Below are positions 1 to 9,337 of a stretch of DNA of 64,000 nt, piece after piece. How positions within the stretch are numbered: the first letter of the stretch is position 1; every line of letters starts with the position of its first letter. Position numbers and translations under genes: made by a program. The DNA comes from a virus (taxonomy: Duplodnaviria; Caudoviricetes), in IMG/VR virus record IMGVR_UViG_3300031867_000009, positions 1-64,000 of that record; one strand, written 5' to 3'. The notes under the pieces are model-generated. The model worked only from the letters and a program-made list of their open reading frames with translations, was not told the origin of the DNA and searched no databases.

Positions 1-1019
1 CTATATTAGATTTACCTATTTTTTATTGTCGTTCACGCTTTAAGGATAAAGAAGGTAATGATATAATTGAATTTAATGTTACATATTTTGACACTATACA
101 CGATGGGGAATACCGGAAGAAAGCATTGGCCGCTTATCCTGCTAATGTGGTAAACTGGTATAGACGCTGGAAAGCGAGAAAAACAAAAAGTCCATGGTGT
201 TATATTTCTACTAGTGTAGGGATTTGTATGTCATTGATTGACGAAAGGCCAGTATTTTTAAATATTATTGCTGCAGAGTTAGAATATGAAGATGCCAAGG
301 ACATAAATAAGGAAAGAGACCTTGAAGAAATTAGGAAGATTCTGATTCAACATATTCCACATCTAACAGATGGAGGATTGTTGTTTGAGCCTGAAGAAGC
401 AGTTGAAATGCATAAGGGCGCGGTTGACATGATGAAGAAGAATGAAAATCTCAGTGTGTTAACTACTTATGCGGATGTTGACGCAATTGTGTCGAAAACT
501 GCAAATGATAATTCACTTAATTCTGTTGATAAGGCTCTTACGAATATTTATGCCGAAGCTGGTTCAAGTAGTCAACTCTTTGGCACAGATTCTAATTTAT
601 CGTTAGCTACTTCAATTACTAACGATATGGCTTTAATGATGGTGCTTGCGCGCAAGATGGCCAGATTTATAACTTCAATTATAAATGATAAGTATGGTAA
701 TACAAATATTACTTTTACTTACAAAATTTTACCAGTATCGTTTTATAATCAGAAAGAGTATGTGGAGGAAGCTCTCAAGCTCGCTAATTCTGGTTATAGT
801 TTCTTACTGCCGGCGCTCGCTATGGATTTATCACAGCGTGAACTGAGTAATGTAAAAGACCTTGAAAACGATGTATTGAAGTTAAAAGAAAAGCTTCTGC
901 CGCTGAGTACATCATACACAGAAACAGGAAACGTAGGACGTCCTGCGAAAGATGCACAAAATAAAAGTGCAAAAACAGTTGCTAATGAGGAATCATTAGA
1001 CCGTGGAGGTTCTAACTAA
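1..1019 (+). CDS. Portal protein (5'-truncated by window edge)
   Basis: The frame of ORF 126..1019 is open back to position 3 (ILDLPIFYCRSRFKD...). It lies directly upstream of the protease/scaffold and capsid genes and has a C-terminal GRP motif typical of portals. Confidence 0.7.
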   Translation, partial: ILDLPIFYCRSRFKDKEGNDIIEFNVTYFDTIHDGEYRKKALAAYPANVVNWYRRWKARKTKSPWCYISTSVGICMSLIDERPVFLNIIAAELEYEDAKDINKERDLEEIRKILIQHIPHLTDGGLLFEPEEAVEMHKGAVDMMKKNENLSVLTTYADVDAIVSKTANDNSLNSVDKALTNIYAEAGSSSQLFGTDSNLSLATSITNDMALMMVLARKMARFITSIINDKYGNTNITFTYKILPVSFYNQKEYVEEALKLANSGYSFLLPALAMDLSQRELSNVKDLENDVLKLKEKLLPLSTSYTETGNVGRPAKDAQNKSAKTVANEESLDRGGSN

Positions 1020-2416
1020 TGGATAAAGAAAAAGATAAATTAACAACTTTTTCTCTTTCTATTTACGGTGATGTTACTAGTTATAATGAAGTTCTGTCAA
1101 AAGCAAGATGCCGCATTTTCTACACGGGTGCAAATAGAAACGGAACTTTTATTACAGAAGAGTTCGCTGAGAAGTTAGTTTCAACACTTCCATATGTGCC
1201 TGTTAAAGGCATATATGATACAATGAAAGATGACTTCACAGACCATGGCAGAGAAAGATATGAAGGACGTATCTATGGTATAGTGCCAGAAAATCCGAAC
1301 TTTGCATGGGAAAAGCATCTTGATATTGACGGAGTAGAGAGAACATATGCATGTACTGATGTATATCTCTTTACTGGATTATATAAACAAGAAGCTTTTG
1401 ATATAATTCAAAAATCGCAGTCGATGGAATTATATGCTGATTCCATTGAAGGTGAATGGCAGTTCATAAACGGGAAGAGATTTTTCGTATTTACGGAAGG
1501 TCGCTTCCTCGGACTGCAGGCCTTAGGTGAGGATTATGAACCTTGCTTTGAAGGCGCCGCATTCTACACATTTGTAGATTCGGTTAAATCACTTATGACA
1601 GATTTAGAAAAAACAGAAACTTTTCAAAAGCAAAACTTGGGAGGAGAAAAACATATGAATTTTAAGCTTTCTGATAATCAGAAATATAATATGCTTTGGT
1701 CTCTTCTGAACCCAAGATTCAACGAAGAAAATGAATATGTAATGGATTATGCTGTTTGCGACGTATATGATGCATATGCTGTTGTCTTCAAGTTTGAAAC
1801 TGGTGAATATGAGAGAGCATATTATACAAAGAGTGATGAAACAGATTCTCTTTCCATTGATAAAATGGAAGTTTGCTATATTATCGACGTGAATGCTGAC
1901 GAAAAGCATGCGCTTGACGTTCTTCACGCTATGAATAGTAATACATATGAGAAGATTGATGAAGTCGTTTCTGGTTTACAGACACAAGTAGAAGAGTTTA
2001 ACTCCAAAATTGAAGAGAACGATTCTACAATTGCGACTTTACAACAGGATAATGAAAGACTTGAGAACGAGTTAAGCGAAGCTAATAGTAATTATACTAC
2101 TGCTTTAGAGAAAGTTGAATCACTTACATCTGAAAACGAAGCACTTAATGAATTCAAGGTTGCAGCTGAACTCAAAGAGAAGGAAGCTGTAATTGAGAAG
2201 TATACAACTCTTCTTGACACAGAGGAGATTGATTCGTTCAGAGAAAAGATTGATGAGTATACTAAAGATGAGTTAGATAAGGAACTGGCTTATGTTTTAG
2301 TTCAGTCTAAGTCTACAATTTTCACAACTGAAGATAGTGATTTCGTTCCGAAGGACGAGCCGAAACTCACAGGAATCGAAGCTATCTTAGAGAGACAAAA
2401 GAATAAGAAAAAATAA
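1019..2416 (+). CDS. Prohead protease/scaffold fusion protein
   Basis: N-terminal NRNG...PVKG...DFTDH region and C-terminal acidic coiled coil. Position between portal and capsid genes. Confidence 0.65.
   Translation: MDKEKDKLTTFSLSIYGDVTSYNEVLSKARCRIFYTGANRNGTFITEEFAEKLVSTLPYVPVKGIYDTMKDDFTDHGRERYEGRIYGIVPENPNFAWEKHLDIDGVERTYACTDVYLFTGLYKQEAFDIIQKSQSMELYADSIEGEWQFINGKRFFVFTEGRFLGLQALGEDYEPCFEGAAFYTFVDSVKSLMTDLEKTETFQKQNLGGEKHMNFKLSDNQKYNMLWSLLNPRFNEENEYVMDYAVCDVYDAYAVVFKFETGEYERAYYTKSDETDSLSIDKMEVCYIIDVNADEKHALDVLHAMNSNTYEKIDEVVSGLQTQVEEFNSKIEENDSTIATLQQDNERLENELSEANSNYTTALEKVESLTSENEALNEFKVAAELKEKEAVIEKYTTLLDTEEIDSFREKIDEYTKDELDKELAYVLVQSKSTIFTTEDSDFVPKDEPKLTGIEAILERQKNKKK
1655..2416 (+). 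CDS. Putative nested in-frame scaffolding protein (253 aa)
   Basis: Internal GGGAGGAG RBS (1639-1646) ahead of an in-frame ATG at 1655. The product is the acidic coiled-coil half. Confidence 0.55.
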   Translation: MNFKLSDNQKYNMLWSLLNPRFNEENEYVMDYAVCDVYDAYAVVFKFETGEYERAYYTKSDETDSLSIDKMEVCYIIDVNADEKHALDVLHAMNSNTYEKIDEVVSGLQTQVEEFNSKIEENDSTIATLQQDNERLENELSEANSNYTTALEKVESLTSENEALNEFKVAAELKEKEAVIEKYTTLLDTEEIDSFREKIDEYTKDELDKELAYVLVQSKSTIFTTEDSDFVPKDEPKLTGIEAILERQKNKKK

Positions 2417-2433
2417 TAAACGGAGGATTTATT

Positions 2434-2985
2434 ATGGCTTTTAAAAGATTTGTAATTGACGGTTATGGTCAATTAGAGCTGAATCAAGTAGCCTTCCGTA
2501 GAGATGGTAGAGTCGAGGCTCAGTGTGCACTTGATGACACTGATTTCGCTTCGGTTCCGGCTGAGAATGGCATGCTTCTGGCTGTTGACAGAGTTAACAG
2601 AAAGGTTAAGTTCCCGAAGAGTGCTGTTGTTGCTAAATGCCCGGTTGCTCTCAACTATACAACAGAGCATATGTATGATGAGAGAGCTAACGCTCTGAAG
2701 GATTTCAAGCTTGAGCTCGGTGAGTTCTATCCAAGACTTGGTTTCCTTTCGGTTGGTGAACTTTTCACAACTAACTGCTTCGGCTATGATAGCGCTTTCG
2801 CTGATGATGACGCTGTTAAAGCCGTTGACCTCAGTTCTACTGACGTTTATGGCGGCATTAGTGATGAGGGTGCAATTTTACTGGATACATCTGCTCCACA
2901 GGCTGGCCCAGTTCTCAAGGTAGTTGAGAAGACGACTATGCCGGATGGACAGTTTGCATTTAAGTTCCAGGTTCTTGAAGCATAA
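2434..2985 (+). CDS. Capsid decoration/auxiliary head protein
   Basis: 183 aa, strong RBS, codon usage like the capsid gene, ENG(M)LL motif, immediately upstream of the MCP. Confidence 0.55.
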   Translation: MAFKRFVIDGYGQLELNQVAFRRDGRVEAQCALDDTDFASVPAENGMLLAVDRVNRKVKFPKSAVVAKCPVALNYTTEHMYDERANALKDFKLELGEFYPRLGFLSVGELFTTNCFGYDSAFADDDAVKAVDLSSTDVYGGISDEGAILLDTSAPQAGPVLKVVEKTTMPDGQFAFKFQVLEA

Positions 2986-3002
2986 TTAAGGAGGGCAACG
3001 AA

Positions 3003-4052
3003 ATGACTATTAAGGAAATGAAAGAGTTAGCCCTTTGTGCGGCTAAGAACGAGGCTCCAGCTAATTATTCAATGGAGAACGTCAACGATGCACTCGTTGA
3101 GGCTCTTCGCGAGATGGCTGGTTCTGTCAATCAGTTCATGAAGAACAGATATGACATTTATGAAATTATAATTGAGGCTGCTGATGAAGTCGTTCCTAAG
3201 AAGGTTATCGACGCTGTTGGTATTTTCGCTGACGTTCAGCAGGTAGGACAGGGACAGAAGGCTCTGTTCAGAACAAGACTTGGAAGAACAAGAGCAAGAA
3301 AGTTCCTTACTCAGGTTGGTCTTTCAGGCGTATACGAGACATTCAGACTTGACCATGGCTATTTCGAACTCAGCGGCCACGCTATCGGTGGAGCTTGCAC
3401 AATTGACTTCGAAAGAATGCTTGATGGTGCTGAAAACATGGCTGACCTCGTATCACTTCTTACTGAGGCTCAAACAGATGCAGTTTACCAGGAAGTTCAG
3501 AAGGCTCTCCGCGCTGCATTCTCAAAGGCTGGTGTTCCGGCTAACAACAGAGCTACAGGTGCTACATTTGATGGCGCTGAGATGATGAAGCTGATTAGCA
3601 CAGTCAGAGCTTATGGTTCTGGCGCTGTTATTTTCGCACCGCCTGAATTCGTTGCTGCTATGGGTGCTGATGCTATCGTTCCAGTTAACACAGGAACAGG
3701 CCAGGGTGTATATCATCCACAGGACATCGATGCTATTCACAACAGTGGATATATTAATCTGTTCAGAGGAACTCCGGTTGTTCAGATTCCTCAGTCATTC
3801 ATTGATGAGAACAATGTTGAGACTTGGATTGACCCACAACTTGCTTATGTACTGCCTACAGGAAATGAGAAGGTTGTAAAGGTTGTATTCGAAGGACAGA
3901 CTCAGATGTATGACTTCGTTAACAGAGACCAATCCATGGAGATTCATACTTATAGAAAGCTGGGAACTGCTATTCTTACATACCACAATTGGGGTATTTA
4001 TAAGAATACTGGTATTCCACAGACTTATGCTGAAACACTTCAATATATTTAA
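3003..4052 (+). CDS. Major capsid protein
   Basis: 349 aa, strongly biased codon usage, GGAGG RBS, followed by a strong terminator, position in head module. Confidence 0.8.
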   Translation: MTIKEMKELALCAAKNEAPANYSMENVNDALVEALREMAGSVNQFMKNRYDIYEIIIEAADEVVPKKVIDAVGIFADVQQVGQGQKALFRTRLGRTRARKFLTQVGLSGVYETFRLDHGYFELSGHAIGGACTIDFERMLDGAENMADLVSLLTEAQTDAVYQEVQKALRAAFSKAGVPANNRATGATFDGAEMMKLISTVRAYGSGAVIFAPPEFVAAMGADAIVPVNTGTGQGVYHPQDIDAIHNSGYINLFRGTPVVQIPQSFIDENNVETWIDPQLAYVLPTGNEKVVKVVFEGQTQMYDFVNRDQSMEIHTYRKLGTAILTYHNWGIYKNTGIPQTYAETLQYI

Positions 4053-4060
4053 TGAATCTT

Positions 4061-4094
4061 AAGGGGAGGGGTTCGTCCCCTCCCTTATTTATTT
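4061..4094 (+). terminator. Intrinsic terminator after the MCP
   Basis: GGGAGGGG-TTCGT-CCCCTCCC followed by TTATTTATTT. Confidence 0.8.
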
Positions 4095-4097
4095 AGT

Positions 4098-4201
4098 ATG
4101 TAGTTGATGGACGTACACTGCGGCCGCTCAACCTCTGACGCTATAAGTTGAACTTATTTTGCGGAGGTTATGGTGCCGCTGTATACATATAACCACTACG
4201 T
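4098..4201 (+). ncRNA. Candidate rod-shaped structured RNA/element (unknown family)
   Basis: Nested complementary segments: ATGTAGT/ACTACGT, GCGGC/GCCGC, AACCTC/GAGGTT, ATAAGT/ACTTAT. GC-rich and intergenic. Confidence 0.45.
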
Positions 4202-4225
4202 TTAGGAGTTAAAAGGAGTAATAAA

Positions 4226-4714
4226 ATGGAAGATAAAGTTAAGGTTGTAAATTTAGTTTCTAGTAGGGTAAATATTAACATTCCAGAACTTACCCTTCGT
4301 AGAGTATGGGAAAGAAAAGGTTCTGTTAAGACAATCCCATTTAGCCAATTAGAAGAGGCTATGTATAATCCAGGAGTTGAGGCTCTGTTTACACAGGGTG
4401 TTCTGGGTATTGAAAGCATGGAAGTAAAGAGAGCACTGGGTCTTGAGCCAGAAGATGCGGAAGAGCCAGTAAACATTATTACTTTAAATGACCAGCAAAG
4501 AAAACGCTATTTAACGGTAATGCCGCTGCCTGAGTTTAGAGAAAAAATTAAGGAGTTATCTGCTGACCAGATTAGAGAACTAGGTCAGTATGCAATTGAT
4601 AATGAAATCGCTAATTTTGATAAGTCCGAGATAATTCAGAAAATGATTGGACTGGATATTATTGGAACAATCCAATTAAATAAGGCAGATAAGGAGCAAT
4701 TACCAAACAATTAA
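4226..4714 (+). CDS. Head-module hypothetical protein
   Basis: ORF with AAGGAG RBS following the capsid gene. Confidence 0.7.
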   Translation: MEDKVKVVNLVSSRVNINIPELTLRRVWERKGSVKTIPFSQLEEAMYNPGVEALFTQGVLGIESMEVKRALGLEPEDAEEPVNIITLNDQQRKRYLTVMPLPEFREKIKELSADQIRELGQYAIDNEIANFDKSEIIQKMIGLDIIGTIQLNKADKEQLPNN

Positions 4715-4726
4715 GGAGTTTAAACA

Positions 4727-5155
4727 ATGGTTTCAGTTTATGATATATATGATGCGTTTCTATCTAAAATGTTAGAAGACGAATGGTTAAACTGGGCTGA
4801 TGAAGAAAGAGAAGAAGACTGGCGTGCCTTATTGGACGCGGCGATTCCTTATTTCAAATTTCCAAGAGTTAGCTTAGAGATAGATGGCGACAATTTTGTT
4901 GATGAAAATATGGCTAATGAAGAAATTCAAATTCTTGCAACCTATATGAAGTGCGAGTGGCTCAATCGCACCATTCTCACTTGGGAGAATGTTAAGCCAC
5001 TTTATGTAGAGAGAGATTTCTCGCAGGCTAATTTAATAGATAAGTTAAAACAATTACTGGAAAGAGAGGAATATAAAGCGCTGAAATTAGAGCGCATTTA
5101 CTATCGCTCGCGCAAGGGACGACCATTTACTTATAGTCAATTGGCGGGAGATTAA
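4727..5155 (+). CDS. Putative head-tail adaptor
   Basis: 142 aa helical protein with a DFSQAN motif. Position after capsid genes. Confidence 0.5.
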   Translation: MVSVYDIYDAFLSKMLEDEWLNWADEEREEDWRALLDAAIPYFKFPRVSLEIDGDNFVDENMANEEIQILATYMKCEWLNRTILTWENVKPLYVERDFSQANLIDKLKQLLEREEYKALKLERIYYRSRKGRPFTYSQLAGD

Positions 5156-5156
5156 A

Positions 5157-5444
5157 ATGAAATATATTCCTGGTATGGATGAAGGGTATGCGAATAGTTT
5201 GAAGAATAAGCTATTCGGATTACTTTGTGAATACGAGAAAGGAAGGGAATGGGAGAAGTTCTTAGATTCGATTTTAATTGAACTATATGGTTTTGAACCA
5301 GAAGAACGGACTATTAACTATTACACTTTATTTCATAAGATTTCCTCTTTAAGATATTTACGGTATGAGTATTTTAGAAGTACAATTTTTGATTGTATGT
5401 CTTTACTTTCTAAATATGGGGAGGTAGAAGATGGGATACTATGA
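5157..5444 (+). CDS. Hypothetical virion morphogenesis protein
   Basis: Tightly packed 95-aa ORF in the structural operon. Confidence 0.6.
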   Translation: MKYIPGMDEGYANSLKNKLFGLLCEYEKGREWEKFLDSILIELYGFEPEERTINYYTLFHKISSLRYLRYEYFRSTIFDCMSLLSKYGEVEDGIL

Positions 5445-6159
5445 GGATGTGTATTTAAAGAGGTTAAATCATTACGGAGTAGACTGGCAATCTCGTATAC
5501 AAGGACAAAGGGAAGAAAATTTTAGACGGCAATTAATGAAGTCGGTTTATTATGTAGAGTTTGAGTATAAAGGCGTGATGCGCGAAGGTGAACTTACACC
5601 GATGCGGCAGAACGAAACGAAGACAATGCATTATTTATTAACTGATGTTCATTTAGATATGCCGAATGGAACAATTTTATTTATCCCAGATAAAGATAAT
5701 ATTTTATGTCCTTGGCTTATTTATTACTTAGAAGATATAAAAGCAAGTGGTTATAATAGATATATTGTTTTGAAAATGACTCATTATCTTACTTGGAAAA
5801 ATAGACAAGGTAAGAAATGTAGTACTTGGGCATATTTTTATGGTCAGGAAGACAATATGTTGAAAGATGAATTAAAGTCAAGAAGTAGAAGTAAGGTTTT
5901 ATATACAGAGAATCTGAAATTGAGTTTCTTTATTATACCACTAAATGAAAACATAAGAAAGGACGATTATTTAGAAGTCACTCAAGGCAAACTTACAGAA
6001 GCTTATGTAGTGACGGGTTATGATATACAATCAACTCCTGGAGTTGAATTCGTATCTGTAGACCCACAGTATATAAGAGATAAGAGCGATCCTCCAATTC
6101 AAGATGTAGATGATAATGCTGATGATTTCTATTGGCTGAATCGAGGAGGTGCAGAATGA
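5431..6159 (+). CDS. Putative head-closure/joining protein
   Basis: 242 aa, beta-rich, GGAGG RBS, position in head-tail joining cluster. Confidence 0.45.
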   Translation: MGYYEDVYLKRLNHYGVDWQSRIQGQREENFRRQLMKSVYYVEFEYKGVMREGELTPMRQNETKTMHYLLTDVHLDMPNGTILFIPDKDNILCPWLIYYLEDIKASGYNRYIVLKMTHYLTWKNRQGKKCSTWAYFYGQEDNMLKDELKSRSRSKVLYTENLKLSFFIIPLNENIRKDDYLEVTQGKLTEAYVVTGYDIQSTPGVEFVSVDPQYIRDKSDPPIQDVDDNADDFYWLNRGGAE

Positions 6160-6647
6160 ATGTAAGAAATTGTACTGATATTGGTGTAAATGCACAATAT
6201 ATAATGAAGAGACTTTTAGCTAATCAGAATTTACTTAAATTACTGTATTATACAGATAAAGACCCATTGAGTCATGATGATTTGACTCCAGAACAAATAC
6301 AAGATGAAGTATTTGAAAAATTAGTTAAAATTGTGCCGCGTGTTGGCCCAAAAGAAACTGCCCACTCAATTATTGCTGTTCGTATCGCGCGGGCGCGTGG
6401 ATTAGCATCAAATAGTGAGTTTAAAAATGTAAATATTAGTATTGAAGTATTTGTTCCAATGACTCAATGGATAATTAAAGACACAAATCTAAGACCTTTT
6501 GCGATTATGGGGGAAGTACAAAATTCTTTAAATGGAAAGAAAATTGAGGGATTAGGAAAGTTAACGGGTGGAGATTTCAGTTTAAATTTTTTAACCGAAG
6601 AAATTTCTGCTTATGAACAGACTTTCGTTTTAACATCATATGATTGA
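6156..6647 (+). CDS. Putative tail terminator/completion protein
   Basis: GAGGAGG RBS points to ATG 6156 (MNVRNCTD...) rather than TTG 6132. LLKLLYY...PL motif. Position before tail genes. Confidence 0.45.
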   Translation: MNVRNCTDIGVNAQYIMKRLLANQNLLKLLYYTDKDPLSHDDLTPEQIQDEVFEKLVKIVPRVGPKETAHSIIAVRIARARGLASNSEFKNVNISIEVFVPMTQWIIKDTNLRPFAIMGEVQNSLNGKKIEGLGKLTGGDFSLNFLTEEISAYEQTFVLTSYD

Positions 6648-7404
6648 TGAGAGGATTTTACTTGGTTTTCCAATTGATTTTAAAGACATATGTCAAATAT
6701 ATCCCCCAACCGTAAACGATGTAGTTGGAAATAAGGATTTTGGGATTTATCAGTCGTTATTTACAATGACACAAGAGGAATTAGATAAGGCATTTCTCCA
6801 AGATGAAAGGGTTAATAAAGTTCCTACTCCTTTTCAATATTTGTTAATAAATTATTATCAAGATGAAAAGGTAAGAGAGAAAATACATGAAGCTTTTAAT
6901 CAATTTATACATGAGCCAGTTACAATTGTACCTGAGATTGAAATGTTATTAATTGGTAAAAGTGAAGATGAATTAGACCCAAATGTGGATTTAGAAGAAC
7001 CTAGACTTTTAACTGAAGAAAATTATTTTGAATTTCAAAATATGATACGACAGGTCATGGGTACAGAAGCTGAAAAAGCTCCAGACCCAGAAGAAGAAAA
7101 TTTAGATCCACGTATTAAACGATATAAGTTAAAAGTAAAACAAAGTGAAGAATTATTAAAGAAAAAGAAAGCAAAAAATGCACCAACTTTTGGAACTTTG
7201 TTAACGGCAATTTGTTGTATGGGTATTGGATTAAATCCACTTAATATTGGAGAGATAAGCTATGCGTGTGTTCAATGGTTAATAACTATGGAACAGCAGA
7301 AGGAAGAATATGACATAGATATTCGAGCACTTCTCGCTGGCGCGGATAGTAAAAAAGTAAAACCAAAATATTGGATAAAAAACATAGACGAAAAAGAATT
7401 ATAG
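6640..7404 (+). CDS. Tail-associated protein (possible assembly chaperone)
   Basis: 254 aa ORF overlapping the previous stop, upstream of the tail tube gene, C-terminal LLAGAD...YW. Confidence 0.45.
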   Translation: MIDERILLGFPIDFKDICQIYPPTVNDVVGNKDFGIYQSLFTMTQEELDKAFLQDERVNKVPTPFQYLLINYYQDEKVREKIHEAFNQFIHEPVTIVPEIEMLLIGKSEDELDPNVDLEEPRLLTEENYFEFQNMIRQVMGTEAEKAPDPEEENLDPRIKRYKLKVKQSEELLKKKKAKNAPTFGTLLTAICCMGIGLNPLNIGEISYACVQWLITMEQQKEEYDIDIRALLAGADSKKVKPKYWIKNIDEKEL

Positions 7405-7417
7405 GAGGCTATTTAAT

Positions 7418-8425
7418 ATGGCAATTATTCTTAATAAATATGCTATTAAAGAAGTTGCTGACGTTATGTTCTATGAGTTAGACTCAAAGGGCGCACCTTC
7501 TGCTCCTGTACTTTACCTTGATACTCTGAAAACTTCTACACTTAGTCAGAGTTCTGAGGTAGTTGATGCTAGAGGTGGAAAAGGTAACGTTAAGATTCTT
7601 TCATGGGATACTAATAAAGAGCTTACTATCGAGATGGAAGATGCTGTATTCAGTGCTAAATCACTTCAGATTATGTTTGGTGGTGATATGACAGTTACTG
7701 ATGATAAGCAAGAAGTTCTGAAAACCTTTAAGGGTTCTGATATTAGCGTTTATAAAAATGATCAAGGAGAAGCTACAGATTTCTTAACATTTAAGTTAAA
7801 TGGTAATGATTATTATGTCGCTAAGAACCTGGTAACTGTATTTAGTTATGCTACAGCTGAAGGTAAAGAAGTTTCTGATCCAGTTCCAATTCCAAGAGAT
7901 AGCATTGATTGGGTTAATTGGCGCGGTGCTAATGCAAATCAGCCTATTGAATTTATCACTTTTGATTTATTAGATTCAGTTAAAACTCCTGCTTCAAATG
8001 GCGCACAAGCTATTGAAGGCGGAATGACTATTGATATCGGCGCTGAATTTAATTCTAATACTTATTATATCACTGGTGATACATATGCTAGAAACGTTGC
8101 TTCTGGTAAGGATGAATTCTTACAATTTATTATTCCAAAGGGAAAAGTTTCTGCAGAAGATGTAAGTCTGACAATGGAAGCTGATGGTGACCCAGCTACA
8201 TTCTCAATGACAGTTCAGTGTCTGAAATCAGAAAGTGGTTCAATGGTTAAGTTGGTTAAGTATAATATGGGAGCTGCTTCTGGTAGTGCTACTGGTAAGA
8301 ATAAGGGTGTTGCTTCTGTACTTGATGACTTCAATGCAGAAGGTGAGCGTGCTGAATGGGATACTCCTCGTTCGGTTGTTAATGCTGGTAGTAAAACTGA
8401 GACTACTATTCTTCCAGGCGAATAA
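7418..8425 (+). CDS. Major tail tube protein
   Basis: Biased codon usage, GGAGG RBS, ARGGKGN...WD and EADGDPATF motifs, followed by a terminator. Confidence 0.7.
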   Translation: MAIILNKYAIKEVADVMFYELDSKGAPSAPVLYLDTLKTSTLSQSSEVVDARGGKGNVKILSWDTNKELTIEMEDAVFSAKSLQIMFGGDMTVTDDKQEVLKTFKGSDISVYKNDQGEATDFLTFKLNGNDYYVAKNLVTVFSYATAEGKEVSDPVPIPRDSIDWVNWRGANANQPIEFITFDLLDSVKTPASNGAQAIEGGMTIDIGAEFNSNTYYITGDTYARNVASGKDEFLQFIIPKGKVSAEDVSLTMEADGDPATFSMTVQCLKSESGSMVKLVKYNMGAASGSATGKNKGVASVLDDFNAEGERAEWDTPRSVVNAGSKTETTILPGE

Positions 8426-8444
8426 TTTAATAAATAAAATTAAT

Positions 8445-8478
8445 GGAAGGGAGGCGGTATCGCCTTCCTTCTTTATTT
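8445..8478 (+). terminator. Intrinsic terminator
   Basis: GAAGGGAGGCG-GTAT-CGCCTTCCTTC-TTTATTT. Confidence 0.8.
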
Positions 8479-8491
8479 AGAGGACAAATAT

Positions 8492-9298
8492 ATGGATAAT
8501 GAATTCGGTATGCAAGAACTGTATTCAGTGCAGTTAAAATCCACTTATCCTATAGAGATAAAAGGAGTTCAATATGCTGCAGGTGAAGTAGTCGCAGCAT
8601 TTGATAAAATTCAAATTGCTAATTTTCAAGAGATAAATAGAGAAATAGCCGCGCAAGGTGGTTATCAGAATAAGAAATTAGTAATTTGGGACAGGACTGA
8701 GGGAGTAAATTTAATTTTCACACAAGGTGTTTTTTCAAAAACACAATTAGGTCTTATGCATAATGCGCGGGTCCTCTCTATAGACGAAGGAAAAAGAATT
8801 CGAATAGCGCAACGAGATGAACTTGAGACCGATAGTGAAGGGAAAATTACATTAACCCACGTACCTATAGATTCGTGGATTTTTGTTTATAATAGAGAAA
8901 CAGGTGAGAAACTGACAGATTTAACTTGGGTAGATAAAACTCAAGGTATATTACAAACTCCCTTAATCTATAAAGAAGTTGTAGTAGATTATGAATATGG
9001 ATATGATAATGGCGCAGATATTGAGTTAATTGGTGAAGAAATCTTTGATGGATTTTTAACATTGGAAGGTAGGTCGAGAATTAAGGATGATATAACTGGT
9101 GAAACTCATACTGCAATTATCTATATTCCGAAATTAAAAATTACGTCAGATTTCAATCTCACTTTAGGACAAAATGCGCAGCCAGTAGTAGGACAATTTA
9201 AAGGAACGGCTTTATCTATTGGTGGACGTAAAACTTCAAAAGCCTTAGAGATATATTATTTAGATGAGGATATAGATAGAGATTCCGAATGGCGTTAA
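8492..9298 (+). CDS. Tail tube paralogue (minor tail protein)
   Basis: Collinear similarity to 7418..8425: AQGGYQNKKLVIWD vs ARGGKGNVKILSWD, GVFS vs AVFS, IYIPKLKI vs FIIPKGKV. Confidence 0.6.
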   Translation: MDNEFGMQELYSVQLKSTYPIEIKGVQYAAGEVVAAFDKIQIANFQEINREIAAQGGYQNKKLVIWDRTEGVNLIFTQGVFSKTQLGLMHNARVLSIDEGKRIRIAQRDELETDSEGKITLTHVPIDSWIFVYNRETGEKLTDLTWVDKTQGILQTPLIYKEVVVDYEYGYDNGADIELIGEEIFDGFLTLEGRSRIKDDITGETHTAIIYIPKLKITSDFNLTLGQNAQPVVGQFKGTALSIGGRKTSKALEIYYLDEDIDRDSEWR

Positions 9299-9320
9299 TT
9301 TTTAATTAACGTCATTTTTT
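9288..9320 (+). terminator. Intrinsic terminator/attenuator before the tape measure gene
   Basis: AATGGCGTTAATT-TTT-AATTAACGTCATT-TTTT. Confidence 0.6.
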
Positions 9321-9337
9321 ATTGGAGGTAAAAAACA

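Noticed and set aside
6640-9337. Tail assembly chaperone programmed frameshift
   Set aside because: No pair of overlapping ORFs with a convincing slippery site was seen between the tube genes and the TMP.
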